From: a virus
Taxonomy: Duplodnaviria > Caudoviricetes
Strand: one strand, 5' to 3'
DNA length: 40,669 nt
Virus record (IMG/VR): IMGVR_UViG_3300016263_000110
Location: 1-40,669 of that record
Below are positions 1-8,705 of this stretch, piece by piece. Made by a program: the position numbers and the translations under genes. Position 1 is the stretch's first letter; the number at the start of each line of letters is the position of its first letter. The notes beneath the pieces were generated by a model that had not been told where the DNA came from, ran no database searches, and saw nothing but the letters and a program-made list of their open reading frames with translations.

Positions 1-156
1 TCCTTAAATACTACCCTTGAGGAAGTTGGTAATGAGTTAAAGATAAGCCCTGACGCTGCACGTAAACGTGTCGATAGAGCCATCCAAGCCATGATAGATG
101 AACTAGGTGGCAAAAGACCATACACAGAATATGACCATGGTAAACCAGAAGAATGA
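1..156 (+). CDS. C-terminal part (region-4 HTH) of the sigma-factor-like protein that begins at 40187
   Basis: Frame 1 reads SLNTTLEEVGNELKISPDAARKRVDRAIQAMIDELGG...EE*, a sigma-70 region-4-like HTH, in frame with 40187-40669. Confidence 0.85.
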   Translation, partial: SLNTTLEEVGNELKISPDAARKRVDRAIQAMIDELGGKRPYTEYDHGKPEE

Positions 157-424
157 TTATCGTGGCATACCCACCCCAATGTGCCCAAAATGTGGCTCAA
201 ATTGGTTCAGAATGGCTGTTATGTTTGATGAGATAAGTTACTTACCAGCCGTATATGGATTAGATGATGCCGAATGTTGGCAGTGTGGGTCACTAGTAAC
301 ACCAGCAACACCTTTAGATAGAGCACCATATCCTCCCTGCAAAATATGTGGTGAGGAAGAAGGATTAATAGATGGGTACTGTTGGGATTGTGACCCATTA
401 GACGAGGACTTTTATGGGAACTAA
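131..424 (+). CDS. Small Zn-ribbon protein (several CxxC motifs)
   Basis: Contains CPKC, CWQC, CKIC and CWDC. ATG at 131 or 137 is preferred over GTG 107. Overlaps both neighbours. Confidence 0.7.
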   Translation: MTMVNQKNDYRGIPTPMCPKCGSNWFRMAVMFDEISYLPAVYGLDDAECWQCGSLVTPATPLDRAPYPPCKICGEEEGLIDGYCWDCDPLDEDFYGN

Positions 425-782
425 AAGTAATTGGGACATAGATTTAAGATATGGACAAATAGGTGAGAAATATGTTGAGAATCTTTTAACTAATGTTGAA
501 ACTGTTGAAGTTAAAAGAGATAAACGTTGGATAGAAACAGGTAACATTTATATTGAAACACAATGCTGGTCTGATAAAAGAAAAATATGGTACAAGTCGG
601 GACTAACAACAAGTAAAGCAACCCACTGGGCATATGTTGTAGAAGAACTAGTTGTTATGGTACCAACAGAACATCTTAAAAAAGTGGTTGAAAAGTATGG
701 TAGAATCATAGAGATGAGAAGACCAGAGTATTCCACTAAAGGATATCTGATTACTATAGAAGATATATTTAAACGCAAATGA
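414..782 (+). CDS. Putative PD-(D/E)XK-fold nuclease-like phage protein
   Basis: GE...VEVKRD...TGNIYIE pattern typical of a widespread phage restriction-endonuclease-fold family. Confidence 0.6.
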   Translation: MGTKSNWDIDLRYGQIGEKYVENLLTNVETVEVKRDKRWIETGNIYIETQCWSDKRKIWYKSGLTTSKATHWAYVVEELVVMVPTEHLKKVVEKYGRIIEMRRPEYSTKGYLITIEDIFKRK

Positions 783-928
783 GTGAGATAGAAGAGTTTA
801 TTAAAAAGATAGAAGACGCTATGATTACTGGTAAAGAAACCACACCTATGGATGAATGGGAAAGTGGATTTAATAGTGGACTATCTTGGGCTGTAAGAAT
901 ATTGAAGAAAGATAAATCAGCATATTAA
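779..928 (+). CDS. Hypothetical protein, 49 aa (MSEIEEFIKKIEDA...KDKSAY)
   Basis: Hand-translated. ATGA overlap with the upstream stop; ends just before the terminator. Confidence 0.65.
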   Translation: MSEIEEFIKKIEDAMITGKETTPMDEWESGFNSGLSWAVRILKKDKSAY

Positions 929-930
929 AT

Positions 931-975
931 AAAAAAAACGGACCGCACATGTGGGGATGTACGGTCCGTTTTCTA
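931..975. terminator. Bidirectional intrinsic terminator between the converging arms
   Basis: AAAACGGACCGCACAT-GTGGGG-ATGTACGGTCCGTTTT. The stem is fully paired (with G-U) on the minus strand and followed by a U8 run; a short T tract follows on the plus strand. Confidence 0.85.
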
Positions 976-976
976 T

Positions 977-1273
977 TTATTCAGTTGTAGATTTGGCTAC
1001 CTTACCGCAGTGATACCACGGTTGCCAGCCACGCTTAGCATACAACAACTTGGCACGCCTGTGCTGTTCTGCTCTGCTTGCTTTGGCAGGGTCCCCCACT
1101 CCACCAACTGATTCCCATGTAGGTAAATCAAACTGGTAAAGACCCCTATATTTTCCTGTTCTTGATACAGCATTGGTTCTATTACTAGACTCACACATCC
1201 TCAACGCAGACCATTGTTCTGCTGTTGGTTCTGGATGTTGCAGAGTCAAAGCAATGATTGCCTCAACTAGCAT
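977..1273 (-). CDS. rpf: Resuscitation-promoting-factor (Rpf)-like lytic transglycosylase
   Basis: W..LRMCES...G.YRGLYQFDLPTW..VGG...PA.AS..EQ...A..LY..RGWQPW..CG matches the Rpf domain, with catalytic Glu and two Cys. GGAGG RBS; hydrophobic N-terminus. Confidence 0.85.
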   Translation of the reverse strand: MLVEAIIALTLQHPEPTAEQWSALRMCESSNRTNAVSRTGKYRGLYQFDLPTWESVGGVGDPAKASRAEQHRRAKLLYAKRGWQPWYHCGKVAKSTTE

Positions 1274-1307
1274 TCGCCTCCAGTGTAGTAGGGATTACAG
1301 AGACTAA

Positions 1308-1508
1308 CTACTCCTCTGTCTTGTCACTATTTAAAGTCACTTTTACCAGTGTCCAAATAGCGAAAGCACCTAAAGATACTATAGCAATAGTATTCCTTGT
1401 TGGTCCAGGCTCAACCAAAATCCATGCAATAATTAAACCTACTAAAGTAAATGCTTCCCCAGCCCAAGCATCTATATGTTTCCAAATAAACTTAGCAACA
1501 CGCTTCAA
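1308..1508 (-). CDS. Small two-TM membrane protein (holin-like)
   Basis: Two hydrophobic segments; located in the lysis region. Confidence 0.6.
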   Translation of the reverse strand: MKRVAKFIWKHIDAWAGEAFTLVGLIIAWILVEPGPTRNTIAIVSLGAFAIWTLVKVTLNSDKTEE

Positions 1509-1509
1509 T

Positions 1510-2295
1510 TTATTTTATTCTCCTAACTATAGATGATGCTAATTGTGGTACTATAATTGCAGCAAGAACTACTTGCTGTGCTTCCTTACGTTCTTCAGGA
1601 CTAAGGTCAGCACCAAGATTAGAAATGGATTCTAATGAATTATTTATGGCTTCAAATACTTGTTGCACTGCTTCTGAAAGAAGCGGCGGTAATTCTATAT
1701 CAACGCCTAAGAATGAGACGGACTCTTCATCGAGTAATGGCTGAACTAGAGGCTCGTCCAAAGAAGAAGGCTCGTAAGAAGGCGAGACGCTAGGTGACGA
1801 ATCAACAACTTCTTCTAAAGTATCTTGAACATCTGGAAGAGGAGATGGCTCAGGCTCTGAAAACGTTGGTGAAACTACAGGGGCTGGCTCGTCTTGCTCT
1901 TGAACTGGAGGTTCTGGAACCTCTGGATATGATGTTGGATAAGGAGTATCAGTCGGTGACGGAGAAGGAGAAGAAGGCTGTGGAGATTCAACAGCGTCTG
2001 TCGGTGATGAAGTCGGAGTTGGGACTGGACTAGATGTCTCAGTTTCTGACGGCGTTGGGCTTGGTTCTTCTGTTGGTGTTGGCTCAGGTGTTGGCGAATA
2101 AGTTGGTGAAGGTGATGGGTTACCGTACCTCCAAGCCTCGCAATCGCTCCAAGTAGGCATATAATCATCAGGTAATTCCATCTGCCAATTATCGCCATTC
2201 CAGTCATAGCAAGTCCAAGTGACAGCATTAGATGGTATAGATATTAAAGTAGTTAACACCCCAACTGCTACTACCGCAAATAAGCGGTATAACAA
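1510..2295 (-). CDS. Secreted or membrane-anchored Pro/Ser/Thr-rich protein
   Basis: Signal-peptide-like N-terminus, small 2-Cys domain, long PSPTP-type linker, C-terminal hydrophobic helix and basic tail. Confidence 0.7.
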   Translation of the reverse strand: MLYRLFAVVAVGVLTTLISIPSNAVTWTCYDWNGDNWQMELPDDYMPTWSDCEAWRYGNPSPSPTYSPTPEPTPTEEPSPTPSETETSSPVPTPTSSPTDAVESPQPSSPSPSPTDTPYPTSYPEVPEPPVQEQDEPAPVVSPTFSEPEPSPLPDVQDTLEEVVDSSPSVSPSYEPSSLDEPLVQPLLDEESVSFLGVDIELPPLLSEAVQQVFEAINNSLESISNLGADLSPEERKEAQQVVLAAIIVPQLASSIVRRIK

Positions 2296-2296
2296 T

Positions 2297-2698
2297 TTAT
2301 GCTTCTAAAATATCTTTAGGGTCTACTGGTTCACCATCTGACCAGCGTGGTTTATTTCTAACTTCAAAATGTAGATGAGGACCAGAAGAATTACCAGTAT
2401 TACCTGACTTACCAATCAACTGTCCCTTCTCAATCCTATCTCCAGCCTTAACAAGAACCTTAGACAAGTGAGCATATATCATCCATACTTTTTTAGAATG
2501 CAAACCATGTTCAACAATGATTTGATTGCCATATGCTTTACCCCAGTTGTTGGCTAAAACTTTACCCTCGACAGCAGCAACAATGTCTGTGCCTTCTGGT
2601 ACTGCAAAGTCAACACCAGTGTGTTTACCTGATTTCCACATCTTGCCAGCCTTACCGAAAGGTGTGGTTATCTTTCCATTAATTATAGGTAATCCCAT
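2297..2698 (-). CDS. M23-family peptidase (endolysin)
   Basis: HTGVD, YAHL and GNTGNSSGPHLHFEVR motifs. Confidence 0.92.
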   Translation of the reverse strand: MGLPIINGKITTPFGKAGKMWKSGKHTGVDFAVPEGTDIVAAVEGKVLANNWGKAYGNQIIVEHGLHSKKVWMIYAHLSKVLVKAGDRIEKGQLIGKSGNTGNSSGPHLHFEVRNKPRWSDGEPVDPKDILEA

Positions 2699-2700
2699 GA

Positions 2701-3069
2701 TTAGTACTTTGGATTATTGTAGAAACCATTAGGGTCATTAAACCTTTTCTTAATGATGTCTATTGGATTTGGTTTAGGTCTAATAGGTCTTATAGGTTTA
2801 CCTGGTGGCATAGGGCTAGGTTTACCTGGCATAGGGTTTATTTGTTCTAAAGGTTTACCAGTTATAGGCATAGATTTTATAGGTTTTTCTACTGGTTTTT
2901 CACCTTTGATAGGTTCAGGTCCAGGTATTGGTTTAATTTCTGATATTGGTTTTCCAATTATTGGTCTATAAGCATCACCACCACCAATTTTTAAACCTGG
3001 GTCAACAGGTCTTAAATCCCTTTTACCAGTCTTAACAACTTTCTTAGGACCATATCCAAATGTTGCCAC
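2701..3069 (-). CDS. Pro/Lys-rich low-complexity protein
   Basis: Imperfect GKPI..I.P.PG repeats; tightly packed in the operon. Confidence 0.65.
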   Translation of the reverse strand: MATFGYGPKKVVKTGKRDLRPVDPGLKIGGGDAYRPIIGKPISEIKPIPGPEPIKGEKPVEKPIKSMPITGKPLEQINPMPGKPSPMPPGKPIRPIRPKPNPIDIIKKRFNDPNGFYNNPKY

Positions 3070-3071
3070 TA

Positions 3072-3326
3072 TTATTTACCACCTTCAGATTTCTTGTTTG
3101 CTCTCTTAAACACAATGTCAACTTCTTCTTGAGTAAGTTTTCCATCTTCAAGAAAAGCCTTAGCCAAATCAGTTAACACCTTAGACACACCAAGTGCCCC
3201 AGCAATCAATGCAGATTTAACTGGTTCAACACCAGCAAAAGCACCAGCACCAATAGCAGGCAATGCCATTGTCATAAACAAGGCAATTGAACGAAAGATA
3301 ACATCTTTCAATATACTTAACTTCAT
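3072..3326 (-). CDS. Putative holin
   Basis: Two hydrophobic helices and a charged C-tail; AAGGAG RBS; upstream of the endolysin. Confidence 0.65.
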   Translation of the reverse strand: MKLSILKDVIFRSIALFMTMALPAIGAGAFAGVEPVKSALIAGALGVSKVLTDLAKAFLEDGKLTQEEVDIVFKRANKKSEGGK

Positions 3327-3351
3327 ACTTGCTCCTTATTTGTTTTTGCTA

Positions 3352-5301
3352 TTAAGCAAACTTACGTAATGTCACAGTTAATAATCCACCAAAACCACTA
3401 AACCTTTGGTCAGGTGGTGTGACAGAAAAGAACTTGACATCTTCAATTAAACCCTGGAATATTTCACCAGTTCTAAAATCTTTAACTTGTACAACGTTAG
3501 AAGATTTTTCAATTTCTTCAAGTTCAATAATTCTTTCATAAGCACGACCATCATAACCAGTTATGTTATTGAACTTATCCATTTCAACGTCATAACAATA
3601 TAATGGATATTGAACTATTCTTTGTTTAACTGTTGCAGGTAATGCTTTAATTTGATAACCATTCATTACCGAACCAATACTATTATCGGTAGCAGAACGA
3701 TTCAAAGTAAATTTAAATGATACAAACTCTTGACCACCTGCAGGTTTAGATATACCTAAATCAGTATTAACAATAGAAGCATTAACGCTTACAAGAGTTT
3801 CTTCTGTTCCAAGATAATCAATAGTTGAAACAGTAACATCTGCTTGACTTAAATCACCACGGATTTTAAAGAACTTAAAGTATTTAGATTCTAAAGTTGC
3901 ATAACGGATAGCACCAGTAGTTAGATAGCCATTAGGTCTAAGGGTTGTTGCATCTTCAATATACACATAATCATTAGCACCAGTAAATGCCATACGATTA
4001 GTTGAACCAACAAATGCACAAGCAGTAGTTGTATGAGTTGAACTTGTTACCTGTAAATCATTAGCATAAGCAAAACGTAATGATTGATAGTAACTTGATG
4101 CACCTATCTGTTCAGATAAATCGATACGAGTTAAACCAGTGTTGCCATGAACACTTGTTGTAGCCCAAACGAATCTATCTTTGAAAGCAAAATCATAAAC
4201 AGGTTGGTCTGTTTCAACAATGAGAGGACCATAAGATATTGAACCATCTTGGTCTGAAACAACTGCAGCACGAATACCTTTAGAAGTTCCAATCATCATG
4301 TAGCCAAGATAGTATTTAATTGCATGAACAATTTCACCATCAGGCATCTGTGCAGCAACAACACCTTCATTTAAAGTTGCTGTCACTTCACCACTTGATG
4401 TGCTTAAAGTAAATTTATATATAACTGATTTAACACCAGAATATCCAGCAACATAAATTGCTACACCAGAAGCAGTTATAGAAGTAAATATGAATGAAGA
4501 GTTTTTATGTGTAAAGAATGCTGCAGGTGCAGACCCATCTGTTGGTGTTATTTCGTAAAGTTTATTATCTGCTGCAAGAATGACACGTTCCATGCACCAT
4601 TCCATAACAGCGTTAGTAACGTTACCTGTTTCATTAAACATTAAAGTATCAGCAGTAGTTGAATCACCAGTTAATACTTTTTTATAAATATGTTTCTTTA
4701 AAGAACCACTAGCAGTTTTATTTGTAATCCAATATGCTGTAGTACCATCATCACAGATAGCATAAACAGGTTCATCAACACCAGAATTGTAATCAATAAA
4801 ATGTACAACTGTACCACTTGCAGTAATTTTATCAACATCATAACCATCTTGAACTAAAACAGCATCAGTACTACCGTATTTAATTGAACGCATATGTTGC
4901 ATAGATTCAGTAGTTTGATGGGTAGCAGTAACATTCTTTAATAAACTTACTTGACCCTTAGTCCAAATATCAACACCTTCAGAATCAGTAAATCTATATT
5001 TTAAAGTTTCATCTTGAGAAGGTTCAAAGAATTTAGCACCAGCACCATTATGGAAAGATGATTGACTTCTAAACCACCAACCAGTAAATGATTGTTCACC
5101 TGGTTCAGTTGATTGGTCAACTTGTTGTCTTCTATATTCTGCTGTTTCTCTACGATAAGGATTATCTACAGTAGGTGCAACAATGAAAGGCATGGTATTG
5201 ATTGCTAAATCATATGATTCAGCGAATAGTTCGTAGTTAAGAATTGCTGTTGGTGCAATAGATAAATCATATGGAAGTGGTTCTGTAATATCAAATGCCA
5301 T
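3352..5301 (-). CDS. Tail structural protein (nozzle / tail tubular B-like, beta-propeller-type)
   Basis: 649 aa, beta-rich; position in a podovirus-like tail module. Confidence 0.55.
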   Translation of the reverse strand: MAFDITEPLPYDLSIAPTAILNYELFAESYDLAINTMPFIVAPTVDNPYRRETAEYRRQQVDQSTEPGEQSFTGWWFRSQSSFHNGAGAKFFEPSQDETLKYRFTDSEGVDIWTKGQVSLLKNVTATHQTTESMQHMRSIKYGSTDAVLVQDGYDVDKITASGTVVHFIDYNSGVDEPVYAICDDGTTAYWITNKTASGSLKKHIYKKVLTGDSTTADTLMFNETGNVTNAVMEWCMERVILAADNKLYEITPTDGSAPAAFFTHKNSSFIFTSITASGVAIYVAGYSGVKSVIYKFTLSTSSGEVTATLNEGVVAAQMPDGEIVHAIKYYLGYMMIGTSKGIRAAVVSDQDGSISYGPLIVETDQPVYDFAFKDRFVWATTSVHGNTGLTRIDLSEQIGASSYYQSLRFAYANDLQVTSSTHTTTACAFVGSTNRMAFTGANDYVYIEDATTLRPNGYLTTGAIRYATLESKYFKFFKIRGDLSQADVTVSTIDYLGTEETLVSVNASIVNTDLGISKPAGGQEFVSFKFTLNRSATDNSIGSVMNGYQIKALPATVKQRIVQYPLYCYDVEMDKFNNITGYDGRAYERIIELEEIEKSSNVVQVKDFRTGEIFQGLIEDVKFFSVTPPDQRFSGFGGLLTVTLRKFA

Positions 5302-5312
5302 TTATATTTTCC

Positions 5313-6155
5313 TTAAATTAGTGATTTCGAATATCTAATAGAACACCAACCAGAGCCGCCAGAGCCGCCAGTGCCAATACCAAAAAAAGCGGAATAAGCA
5401 CCGCCACCACCAGAACCTGAATTAGCAGTTGCAGAAGTTGCAGCAGTAGTAGTTTCATCTCCACCATTACCAGCACCAGAACCTCCAGAACCACCTGCTG
5501 AACCACGACTAGCACCACCGCCACCGCCTGCTTTACTAGATGTCATAGGTGTCCAACCAGAAATAATTTTTCCAGCACCACCAGTTCTACCTGAACCGAT
5601 ACCACCAGCACCGCCTCCACCACCGCCAGTATCAGAAGCAGAGTTATTTATACCATTGTTACCAAAACCGCCAGATGCTGAACTAGGTTGATTACCTGTA
5701 CCTGCGCCAGTTGCATAAGCACCAGAGCCGCCACCAGAACCGCCATTACCACCAGCAACACGACTAGTATTATCATTATTGGAGTTACCTCCACGACCTC
5801 CACCTTCAGCAATTAAACCACAAAAAGTTGAATTTCCACCTTTACTACTTGCACCACCACCAGCGCCAATAACAACAGGGTTATTACCATCTATAGTAGT
5901 AACGGTTGTATAAATAAAACCTCCAGCACCACCGCCACCTCCACCGCCTCCGCCAGCACCAGAGTTAGATGAAGCGCCACCACCGCCACCACCAATTAAA
6001 ATAACTTCAACAGGAATTGCTTGATTAATAACAAATTGTTCAGTACCAACAGAGGAAAAAGTATGATAAACGTAATTAGCATCTTCCGTTTTAACTCCAC
6101 CAGTAGCGACAACAGGTACGGCAGAACCAATAACACCTGGAATAATAAAAACCAT
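5313..6155 (-). CDS. Glycine-rich domain tail adhesin-like protein
   Basis: YHTF...IGGGGGG...GAGG and C-terminal GGSGWCSIRY motifs. Confidence 0.7.
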   Translation of the reverse strand: MVFIIPGVIGSAVPVVATGGVKTEDANYVYHTFSSVGTEQFVINQAIPVEVILIGGGGGGASSNSGAGGGGGGGGGAGGFIYTTVTTIDGNNPVVIGAGGGASSKGGNSTFCGLIAEGGGRGGNSNNDNTSRVAGGNGGSGGGSGAYATGAGTGNQPSSASGGFGNNGINNSASDTGGGGGGAGGIGSGRTGGAGKIISGWTPMTSSKAGGGGGASRGSAGGSGGSGAGNGGDETTTAATSATANSGSGGGGAYSAFFGIGTGGSGGSGWCSIRYSKSLI

Positions 6156-6982
6156 TATGAAATCCTGTATCTAATAACAACAATGCCAGAGCCGCCATTG
6201 CCACCTTGACCTGAGCCTTCAACATCATCAGTAGCACCGCCACCACCACCGCCAGTATTAGCAGTTGCATTACCACCGCCACTTGCACCACCACCAGAAC
6301 CAGCAACTACAGCAGCACCAATACCACCGTTAGCAGGAGAAGCAAAACCGTTACCACCACCGCCACCGCCAGCATAAGTTTGAGCAACACCTGTACGAAG
6401 AGAATTAGTTAAACCAGCACCAGCAGAACTAGTTGAACCAGCACCACCAGCACCGCCACCGCCAGAACCACCTTGGTCAGTTCCTCTACCTGGACCAGCA
6501 TTGTTACCTTGACCAGCAGTACCAGAACCGCCAGGAGCACCACCTGAACCACCGTTATTAGCAGCAACAGTACTACCTTCAGTTAAATTACCACCACCAC
6601 CGCCAAGAGCAGTAACTGTATGAAATACAGAATTTCCACCTTTGGTTGCTTGAGAAGTATTAATGTTTCCACCAGTGCCACCAGCACCGACAGTAATTGT
6701 ATAAATTCCAGCAGGTATGACGTTAGCACCAGAAAATGAACCAGTTAAAAATCCACCTGCTCCACCGCCGCCACCACCTGAATCTCCAGGTCCGCCACCG
6801 CCACCGCCACCACCAGCAATAACTAAATAATCAATATCCCCAGTTGAATTAAGAGTAAAAGTATCATTGCCAGTAGTAGTAAAAGAATGAACCTTATAGG
6901 TTACGCCACCTAAAGTATAAGTAGTTTCAGTACCACCACTTGCTAAAACCCCACCTGCAGCAGCAGAAGTAAATAATAACAT
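6155..6982 (-). CDS. Glycine-rich domain tail adhesin-like protein (paralog)
   Basis: VHSF...IAGGGGGG...GAGG and C-terminal GGSGIVVIRY motifs. Confidence 0.7.
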   Translation of the reverse strand: MLLFTSAAAGGVLASGGTETTYTLGGVTYKVHSFTTTGNDTFTLNSTGDIDYLVIAGGGGGGGGPGDSGGGGGGAGGFLTGSFSGANVIPAGIYTITVGAGGTGGNINTSQATKGGNSVFHTVTALGGGGGNLTEGSTVAANNGGSGGAPGGSGTAGQGNNAGPGRGTDQGGSGGGGAGGAGSTSSAGAGLTNSLRTGVAQTYAGGGGGGNGFASPANGGIGAAVVAGSGGGASGGGNATANTGGGGGGATDDVEGSGQGGNGGSGIVVIRYRIS

Positions 6983-6994
6983 TATGCCCCTTAA

Positions 6995-7804
6995 TTAAAC
7001 TGCTAAGTTACCGAAAGCAACCCAAGTATTAGTAGCCGTTTTTAAAATAGAACCAGCAGCATATTGTGCTTTAAGTTTATACTTATTACCTTCAGACTGT
7101 AAAGTAACACCAGCATCAGGGCTAATAGTTGTTTGACCAGCACCAGTTTGAACAAGAGTAATAACAGTACCTGTAGGAAAAGCAACAGAACTATTTAAAG
7201 GAATGGTAACAGTATTAGCAGAAGCAGAGTTTACAGGAATAACTTTACCCGCATCAGTCAATACCAAAGTATAGTTAGCAGTCTGAGCATTCAAAGCATA
7301 ATAAATAACCCCACCACCAGTAGAATCCAGATGTGTATGGTTAGCATTAGCAAATGATGCAATAGTTGGTGTAGTTAAAGTAGAAGAAGTTAAAGTACCA
7401 CCAGTAATAGTAGGTGCAGTTAAAGTTTTATTAGTTAAAGTTTGAACAGAACTTGTTCCAACAACTTCAGCACCACCAGAAAGACCATGCACGTTAGTAG
7501 AAGCACCAATATGGTCCTGTGGTTCTTGTAAATCACGAGCAGTAATCATATGACGAACAGTTGCACCAGCATCATGAGACACAGCAGAAGTACCATCTTG
7601 TGCACGAGAAACGTTAACAGTTGTACCAGAAGACAAACTATTAACGGTAACAATTTCCTCATTAGCAGTATCAGGGTCAATAACCATAGTAAATGGATAT
7701 GATGGAATACCAGTAATGTTATTTAATTTCATAGTAAGAACAGAAGTGTTCATACTTGTATCTAACGTTTTAGCATCTAATGTTGATTTATAATTTCTTC
7801 CCAT
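6995..7804 (-). CDS. Tail fibre protein
   Basis: QTLTNKTLTAPTI fibre repeat and a C-terminal NAQTANYTLVLTDAGK...FPTGT...W..FGNL domain. Confidence 0.65.
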   Translation of the reverse strand: MGRNYKSTLDAKTLDTSMNTSVLTMKLNNITGIPSYPFTMVIDPDTANEEIVTVNSLSSGTTVNVSRAQDGTSAVSHDAGATVRHMITARDLQEPQDHIGASTNVHGLSGGAEVVGTSSVQTLTNKTLTAPTITGGTLTSSTLTTPTIASFANANHTHLDSTGGGVIYYALNAQTANYTLVLTDAGKVIPVNSASANTVTIPLNSSVAFPTGTVITLVQTGAGQTTISPDAGVTLQSEGNKYKLKAQYAAGSILKTATNTWVAFGNLAV

Positions 7805-7811
7805 TGTTTAC

Positions 7812-8705
7812 CTATCTTGTGTAATGGACTCTAATTGGATATTTTCCAGACAACTTACGTGACTCCTCAGCAAGTCTTTGTTGATAAAGAGCAAGCAAAT
7901 ATCTAGCAGTAGTAGTTCCAACACCATACTGCAAACGTGAAGATTGTAAATCTGCTTCTGGTGCTGTGAAAGTTAAACGACCTGGTTCAATTAAAGAAGC
8001 CAAACGGTAAGCAGCACCATACACAATAACATCTTTAGTTGATATAGGTAGCCCAGTTATTTGTTCAAAGTCATCATCATCAAACTCAAGAACTTCAGGT
8101 TCCTTCGCATAAAAAACTTGAACATCTCTACCAGGAACTATCGCATCATATATTGATACAGAGTTTCTTGAATCAAAAGAACCAATACTTGCCATAGGGT
8201 CAATACGCCAAGAACGAATTGGATACCATTCTTGTGTAGGACCTATCGACTGCCAACTAAGAGCAAGAATTGTTTCACAATCATTAGGTAAAGCATAAGT
8301 TACCTGTGAAGGATTATATGAAAAAGTAGTTGAAGCAGTTGCATAAATATCAGGATAGATAGCACGAAGAGTATCATTAATAGCCTTCTTAATATTATAT
8401 TTAGGAAAAGTTGGACCAATAATAACCTGGTCACCAATGAAATGACCACCTTTAACACTACCTAAATATCCACGACCATAAGGAGGAATAGTTAAGTTAC
8501 CTGTTGCTCTATCAAAAGAATCAACCCATATAAGTTCATCACCTATTTGAATAATACCTTTAGCAATATTATCTACAGATGCAACTTGTATTGTTGTTGC
8601 AGATGAAGAAATATCTCCAAGTAAATGTGTTGACCTGTCTTGACGTAAAGTAAAACCTGCAAGGTTTAACGATACTTCATCTACTAGTTCCTTAAGTGTT
8701 GGCAT
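7812..8705 (-). CDS. Head-tail adaptor / tail tubular A-like protein
   Basis: N-terminal TLKELVDEV helix, INDTLR and Y.LP.D motifs; gene position. Confidence 0.55.
   Translation of the reverse strand: MPTLKELVDEVSLNLAGFTLRQDRSTHLLGDISSSATTIQVASVDNIAKGIIQIGDELIWVDSFDRATGNLTIPPYGRGYLGSVKGGHFIGDQVIIGPTFPKYNIKKAINDTLRAIYPDIYATASTTFSYNPSQVTYALPNDCETILALSWQSIGPTQEWYPIRSWRIDPMASIGSFDSRNSVSIYDAIVPGRDVQVFYAKEPEVLEFDDDDFEQITGLPISTKDVIVYGAAYRLASLIEPGRLTFTAPEADLQSSRLQYGVGTTTARYLLALYQQRLAEESRKLSGKYPIRVHYTR

Noticed and set aside
1794-2228. Plus-strand ORFs that look helical (1794-2033) and an alternative-frame ORF (1875-2228)
   Set aside because: These are shadows of the P/S/T-rich gene. They have no convincing RBS and conflict with the operon organisation.
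5313-6982. CCACCGCCA-type repeats resembling a repeat array or CRISPR
   Set aside because: They are Gly codon runs in coding sequence, with no fixed repeat-spacer periodicity.
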